Shown: positions 58,891 to 64,000 of the stretch, one piece after another
Layout: every line of letters starts with the position of its first letter
Numbering within the stretch: the first letter of the stretch is position 1
Assembly: GCA_041661625.1 (NCBI GenBank)
Contig: JBAZUB010000002.1
Location: 28,059-92,058, forward strand
DNA from: Patescibacteria group bacterium
GTDB lineage: Bacteria > Patescibacteriota > Patescibacteriia > JAHIZJ01
Direction: 5' to 3'
DNA length: 64,000 bases
Position numbers and translations under genes: made by a program
The notes under the pieces: model-generated
The model's input: the letters and a program-made list of their open reading frames with translations, nothing else
What the model was told of the DNA's origin: nothing
Database searches by the model: none

Positions 58891-61800
58891 CTATGGATAC
58901 GGGAAAGCACCCATGTCGGTGCCGGCACCAAAGGCCGGGTTGCCCGTATTAATGCACGGTGATCCAGCCAACAGGTGATAGTCATTAGCGGCTGAGTTGA
59001 TAAACCTTGGATCGGCATTAATATTGTTTGACCCGAAGCCCGACCAGCCGCCTTGAATGTCGGAGTATTGAACCTTGGCACATAGCGGCCAGGGATTAGA
59101 CATCTGCCCGATGCTGGGACTAATTGGCGCGGTATTGGCCCAAACGATACTGCTGTCAAATACCGGATTTTGAGCCAAGCAGGCGCCGAGGTTAGTGGAA
59201 TTATTAACGAATACGCCGCCGCCTTCACCCGAGGTCGTGTTATACGCTACGGTGTTATTCCTGACATTTATCAGATTGCCCGGAGCATCGTACAATACAG
59301 TCAACAACATGCCTCCACCATAACCGTAAGTCGGTAAAATTGTGTTTCTGAACACTGCATTCTTTTCAATCAATGCGCCTCCCCCGCCGGCGAAAGCTAT
59401 TCCAGCTCCCCCAGATTCGGTCGGCCCGATAGTGTTATTTGAAATAGTATTATTCGAGATATTGGCATATCCGCCCCAGTGGTTGATACCGCCGCCGGAA
59501 TATTTTACAGCATTGTTGCTAATAGTATTGTTGGTAATTGTGGTCGATGTACTAGCGTTGCCACCCGACGAGATACCGCCACCATAGCTACCGCTGGTAC
59601 CGGAGGTATTCTGCGTGATGGTGTTGCCGGTAATAGTGAAAGTACCGCCGTTATATGTCGCCGAAACACCAGCGCCGGCACCGTCAGTAACGTTGCTGGT
59701 GACAGTATTGCCGGAAAAAGTTACGGTTCCGCCTATGTCCGCACCACCACCACCACCGCGATTACTTACGCCAGTTCCAAGGGCGGTATTTCCAGTCAGC
59801 GTATTATTGGAAACGGTTCCACTGCCGCGGAAGTAAATACCCCCGCCAAACTTACCGTCATTACTGGTGATTGAGTTACTACTGATATTAGCCGTGCCAG
59901 CCTGACAGTTAACGCCCCCACCGTTTGATCCGCTGCCGCCACCGTGGTGGTTGATGTTGTTATTTTGAATCGTGGCCGAAACGGTACCCGCCAGACACAT
60001 AATACCGGGGCCGCCAGCAGTACAGTTCATAGTGCCAGACATGCCATCTCTAATAGTGTTCCAGGTGATAGTCGCCGATCCGCCCCACACATAGACGCCG
60101 CGGCAATTGCCATAAATTAAGTTATCGTTAATCGTGGCATTGCTGCCTGTTTCAACTTTTACACCCGCGGTCACGCAATTGTATATTTCATTATTTCGGA
60201 CCGTGGCGGTAGCGTTGCCATTGACGGTCACACAGTATGGTTCGACCGGATCGCCCCAGGGGTTATTGAACCCCACGATATAGAAACCCTCCAGAATCGA
60301 ACCGGTGCCGCCGTTGAAAACAACATGCGGAATTTCATTATTCTGTGGAATCATGTCCTGACTTTTTAGAGTAATTGATTTGCCCTGGAAGTCGATTATA
60401 CCCTCATTCCAGAAATACCAGCCACCAGTAGAGTCAGTCACAAGTACATTACCAGCGACCGTGTCAGTGTCGTTGATGGCGGCGGTAATGGTGGCATAGT
60501 TTTCCACTTCGGTCATATTGGCGGCGCTGATGTAGCGTCTGACCCGGCGCGGACAGGCGCCACAGTCGGCAGCACAGCTCGAACACGTTTCTGGCGCTAT
60601 GCACTGTCCATTACCGCAACAGCTGCCGCAATCTCCCGGACAGGTCGAACAGGTTTCACCATTGTTGCACACGGTGTCACCACAGAAGCACGCGCCACAA
60701 TCTCCCGGACAAGAAGTACAATTCTCGCCAAAATTACAGCTACCATCCCCACAGCAGTTGCCGCAATCAGCCGAGCAATTCGAACAATTTTCCGGTGCCA
60801 CGCAGGCGCCGTTGCCGCAACAAGCACCACAATCGGCTGGACAGGTTGAACAGGTTTCACCGTTATTACATTGTGTGTCGGGACAATTGGGGACATCGGC
60901 AATAGTAATGGTAATCGATTCCGTATCGGTGGCGCTGGCCGTATCGGTAGCGGTGAAGACAATATTGGGATAACTGCCCGATTGGGTATAGCTTGGAGTC
61001 CAAGTAAAGGTAGCCTCAAACTTTCCCAGTCCGGCGTTATAGGAAGTGTTGCTTAGGTTTGAACCAGATGGTTTATTAGCTACGCTGATGGTCACCGTGT
61101 CACCCGGTGAGTCTGGGTCGGCCGCACGCACCACAAATGACATAGCGACTCCTTCAGAGCCGTTTTTATTGCCGATCGGATCCAGTACGGGAGGTTGGTT
61201 GGTGTTGGCAATAGTGATAGTAATTGATTCCGTATCGGTGGCGCTGGCCGTATCGGTAGCGGTGAAGACAATATTGGGATAACTGCCCGATTGGGTATAG
61301 CTTGGAGTCCATGTGAAGGTAGCCTCAAATTTACCGGTGCCAGCGTTGTAGGTCGTGTTGCCCAAGCTGGAGCCAGATGGCAGATTAGCGGCGGTTATTG
61401 TAACACTATCGCCGGTAGCTTGATCTGGGTCGCTCGCGCTGATCGTGAAAGACATGGCCGTGCCCTCGGCGCCGTTCTTGTTTCCGATCGGATCGAGCAC
61501 GGGGGGTTGGTTCACCGGAGCGGCACCGAACTTCTTCAATGCTTTAATGCCATTATTGGTGTTTATTCTGACCCTAGTGGCGTTAGGATCGCCCGGCGGT
61601 ACCAGCACTATACTGTATGTTGAGCCATTTTGTTTGACGCGTAATTCGGAAGTTGTCGGACCGGCGGGCACGCAGGCAAAATGAAGTGTTTGGATTCCGT
61701 CATATACTCGGAGGCCGCAGTCGGTTTCGCCGGGAAGTGGGGTGGTTCCCCAAGCCAAGTCAAAAGCTGCCCCATTGTTGGTAAACACGGAGCTACCCAG

Positions 61801-62826
61801 ACCCGTCCAAGTGGTTCCGTTCGTTGAAGTCGCGAAAGTGTTGGTGACATTATTTCCAGCCGCAATCCACTTACCATCGCCCCAGGCCACAGATGTACCA
61901 CCACCACCGGGGGGACTAAAAATATCAAGACCACCCAACCCAACCCAATTGATGCCATCTATGGATGTGGCAATAACGTTGATATCCGTGCCGACATTAT
62001 ATGTATGCGCAACCGCAACCCACCTGCTGCCATTCCAGGCCAAGTCCATACCACCATAACCATCAGCATTAGTAAATATTGAATTGCCCAAACCTGTCCA
62101 ATTAATACCGTCATAAGAGTACGCGATGGTGTTGGCTCCATATCCTACCGCTACCCACATTGTTTCATTCCAGGCAATACCAACGCCGGTATTAGAAAAT
62201 ATTCCTTTACCCAAGCCAGTCCATGAGATGCCGTCATATGAATAGGCGATAGTATTGTTGCCTCCTCCCACCGCAACCCACATTGTTCCGTTCCAAGCAA
62301 CGTCTAAACCGCTCTCGCCTGGATTAGAACCGAATATATTTACACCACCACGGCCAACCCAATTAATACCATCGGCTGATGTAGCAAAATTATTAGGAGC
62401 ATTTCCTACTGCTACCCATTTGTTATCGCCCCAAGCCACGCCATATCCACCGCCTTGTTGGGTCCATTGATTATAATCAAAAATCGAATCACCTAGTCCC
62501 GTCCAGTCGACACCATTCGTAGAATGGGCAACGGTGTTTTCACCCACCCCTACTGCGACCCACATGCTTCCGTTCCAGGCTACACCTTGACCCCATTGGG
62601 AAAATATTGCTTTGCCTTGGCTGGTCCAATTAGTGCCATCCAGGGAAGTGGCCATGGTGGCGTCGTCGCCACGTCCGACTGCTATCCATCGGCCAGCGGC
62701 CACCACTGGTTGGTTCATCATTCCAATTCCTGTCAGCGAGAAAACAAATACCGCGCAGAGGCGGATCAGCCACCATTGGCGACTCTGATGTGCGAGTATA
62801 GTTGTTAGCTCGGACTTCGGGTTCAT
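58891..62826 (-). CDS. large secreted multidomain protein (SxDGxxW propeller repeats, 2 cadherin/Ig-like domains, Cys-rich repeats, parallel beta-helix)
   Basis: YSYDGINW repeats, NQPPVLDPIG x2, CG.G.C...E.C..C..DCG repeats, GGG/N-ladder repeats, DPRF...DYHL...SPCINTG end. Confidence 0.82.
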   Translation of the reverse strand: MNPKSELTTILAHQSRQWWLIRLCAVFVFSLTGIGMMNQPVVAAGRWIAVGRGDDATMATSLDGTNWTSQGKAIFSQWGQGVAWNGSMWVAVGVGENTVAHSTNGVDWTGLGDSIFDYNQWTQQGGGYGVAWGDNKWVAVGNAPNNFATSADGINWVGRGGVNIFGSNPGESGLDVAWNGTMWVAVGGGNNTIAYSYDGISWTGLGKGIFSNTGVGIAWNETMWVAVGYGANTIAYSYDGINWTGLGNSIFTNADGYGGMDLAWNGSRWVAVAHTYNVGTDINVIATSIDGINWVGLGGLDIFSPPGGGGTSVAWGDGKWIAAGNNVTNTFATSTNGTTWTGLGSSVFTNNGAAFDLAWGTTPLPGETDCGLRVYDGIQTLHFACVPAGPTTSELRVKQNGSTYSIVLVPPGDPNATRVRINTNNGIKALKKFGAAPVNQPPVLDPIGNKNGAEGTAMSFTISASDPDQATGDSVTITAANLPSGSSLGNTTYNAGTGKFEATFTWTPSYTQSGSYPNIVFTATDTASATDTESITITIANTNQPPVLDPIGNKNGSEGVAMSFVVRAADPDSPGDTVTISVANKPSGSNLSNTSYNAGLGKFEATFTWTPSYTQSGSYPNIVFTATDTASATDTESITITIADVPNCPDTQCNNGETCSTCPADCGACCGNGACVAPENCSNCSADCGNCCGDGSCNFGENCTSCPGDCGACFCGDTVCNNGETCSTCPGDCGSCCGNGQCIAPETCSSCAADCGACPRRVRRYISAANMTEVENYATITAAINDTDTVAGNVLVTDSTGGWYFWNEGIIDFQGKSITLKSQDMIPQNNEIPHVVFNGGTGSILEGFYIVGFNNPWGDPVEPYCVTVNGNATATVRNNEIYNCVTAGVKVETGSNATINDNLIYGNCRGVYVWGGSATITWNTIRDGMSGTMNCTAGGPGIMCLAGTVSATIQNNNINHHGGGSGSNGGGVNCQAGTANISSNSITSNDGKFGGGIYFRGSGTVSNNTLTGNTALGTGVSNRGGGGGADIGGTVTFSGNTVTSNVTDGAGAGVSATYNGGTFTITGNTITQNTSGTSGSYGGGISSGGNASTSTTITNNTISNNAVKYSGGGINHWGGYANISNNTISNNTIGPTESGGAGIAFAGGGGALIEKNAVFRNTILPTYGYGGGMLLTVLYDAPGNLINVRNNTVAYNTTSGEGGGVFVNNSTNLGACLAQNPVFDSSIVWANTAPISPSIGQMSNPWPLCAKVQYSDIQGGWSGFGSNNINADPRFINSAANDYHLLAGSPCINTGNPAFGAGTDMGAFPYP
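60917..61311 (+). repeat. 86-bp identical direct repeat (60917-61002 and 61226-61311)
   Basis: GATTCCGTATCGG...TTGGAGTCCA is identical in the two Ig-like domains. Confidence 0.9.
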
Positions 62827-62842
62827 GGCCGACCTTTTGTTT

Positions 62843-63979
62843 TTAGTTCAATACCAGCCACATCTGTCCGACCGCGGGACTGGCGGGATCGCCTTGGGCC
62901 GCGGTGCGAACCTGAATAACTAAGCCGTCAGTGGCCTTTATCGTACCACCCTGAACTTCGAGTTTAGTGCCGGCTGCCGGGTTCTCCACCCCAATACCCA
63001 CCGCGCCATTCATGATGACAGTTTTGCCGGAAAAGTATCCGGCAAAACCCTGGCCGCCGGTGATCTCGGCGTATAGAGTCTTGTCATTGGCAGCCGTGGC
63101 CGCATTGGTCACTGACAAACGAGTATTGTCACTAATGTCCAGTCGGCCAATTGCCACCTTATCAGTAGTTTCGTTAGTTGGCGCAATGGTGTCTGCAGTC
63201 GAACCAGCCTTCCAAATGCCACCGCCAGCCGCAACAACAGCCCAGGAAAGATTGCCGCTGCCGTCGTTCTTTAAGTATGCGTCATTATCCGCCCCTAGGT
63301 TATTATTCGGCCAATTGTAAGTGACGCCCTTGATCCGGATGATATTACCCGTGGCGTCGACCATGAATTTGTCGCCATTGCCGACGGTGAGAGGCGATAG
63401 AGGGGTGATATCGCCAATGCCAACATTCGCGGTTGGGTTAGTCGGGTAAAGATCGTTCACGTCCTGGGTCCAGAAGCCACCACCAGCCGCGCCGCCGCAG
63501 GTTATTGTGCCATCGGCATCGGTGCTAAGACCGCCGCAACTGACCATATTGGGATTCTGGATACTTAGCGTGGCTAGATTAGTCGGACTGGCCGCGGTGA
63601 TCTTTACGGCGCCTTGCAGCTCAATATGATCGCCCGTTTCGCCAGGGGAAAGATATAGTGAGTTAGCTCCAAAGTTTATGTGGGGCTTAGCCGTGTCTGA
63701 CACGTTGGACCAAAAAACACCCCGGTCCGCCGTGGAAATAAAGAGATCGCCAGTAGCTACCCGGAGATAATTACCAGCTATAGTCAGGTCGCCATTTTTG
63801 GTTTGAGGGGTGGCCGAAGTATTGATTGGCGCAGCCACATTGCCGCCCGGCGGAGCAGTGTCAGGAGCGGTCCAGGATGCCAGCGCCCGGCCGGCCAGAG
63901 TTGAAAATGCCAAGCATAAAAGCACTGGCATAACCGTAAGGTACATCAGCTTTGAGCCTCGAAATAGATTTGATTTCAT
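62843..63979 (-). CDS. secreted tail-fibre-like repeat protein, paralog C (short)
   Basis: same signal peptide and WxxPxxxPPGGNVAAPINTS N-terminus; ends ASPAVGQMWL. Confidence 0.8.
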   Translation of the reverse strand: MKSNLFRGSKLMYLTVMPVLLCLAFSTLAGRALASWTAPDTAPPGGNVAAPINTSATPQTKNGDLTIAGNYLRVATGDLFISTADRGVFWSNVSDTAKPHINFGANSLYLSPGETGDHIELQGAVKITAASPTNLATLSIQNPNMVSCGGLSTDADGTITCGGAAGGGFWTQDVNDLYPTNPTANVGIGDITPLSPLTVGNGDKFMVDATGNIIRIKGVTYNWPNNNLGADNDAYLKNDGSGNLSWAVVAAGGGIWKAGSTADTIAPTNETTDKVAIGRLDISDNTRLSVTNAATAANDKTLYAEITGGQGFAGYFSGKTVIMNGAVGIGVENPAAGTKLEVQGGTIKATDGLVIQVRTAAQGDPASPAVGQMWLVLN

Positions 63980-64000
63980 ATGGGATTATTTTATGTTAGC

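Noticed and set aside
50612-63979. Diversity-generating retroelement or prophage tail module
   Set aside because: No reverse transcriptase or adenine-specific TR/VR pair seen; the proteins have signal peptides and no other phage structural genes are adjacent
1-64000. tRNA, rRNA or CRISPR arrays
   Set aside because: None recognised by eye; a tRNAscan/Infernal run would be needed to exclude divergent ones

Overview
64 kb of a bacterial chromosome using the standard genetic code. Gene content and style point to Patescibacteria/CPR (inference): stand-alone rpoBC, rpsF-ssb-rpsR-efp, an MGRG-type EF-P, and WxxPxxxPPGGNVAAPIN fibre proteins. The backbone carries dus, a complete Rrf2-sufCBDSU operon, an HD hydrolase, an ABC exporter, glyA-folD, ychF, two methyltransferases, recA, a rodZ-like gene, ftsK, rpoB/rpoC and four large secreted repeat/adhesin genes. 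The main result is a 17,539-bp integrated element (13819-31357) inserted into the 5th codon of ychF by a large serine recombinase. Both junctions can be read directly. The orphaned native ychF start (MSFSVG) and its promoter sit at ~13.8 kb, and the element supplies a replacement ychF start in an alternative frame inside its own recombinase gene. attP lies within the recombinase ORF, so integration and excision swap the enzyme's C-terminal tail. The element looks like a phage satellite: Xis-like HTH, RHH protein, TerS-like protein and no structural genes. It also carries two structured non-coding regions, a defence hotspot (Panacea TA pair, SIR2, HEPN) and a nucleotide/amino-sugar enzyme cluster (NUDIX-DegT fusion, SDR, NTP-transferase, NDK, P-loop kinase). 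All product calls are from motif recognition by eye; no database searches were run.
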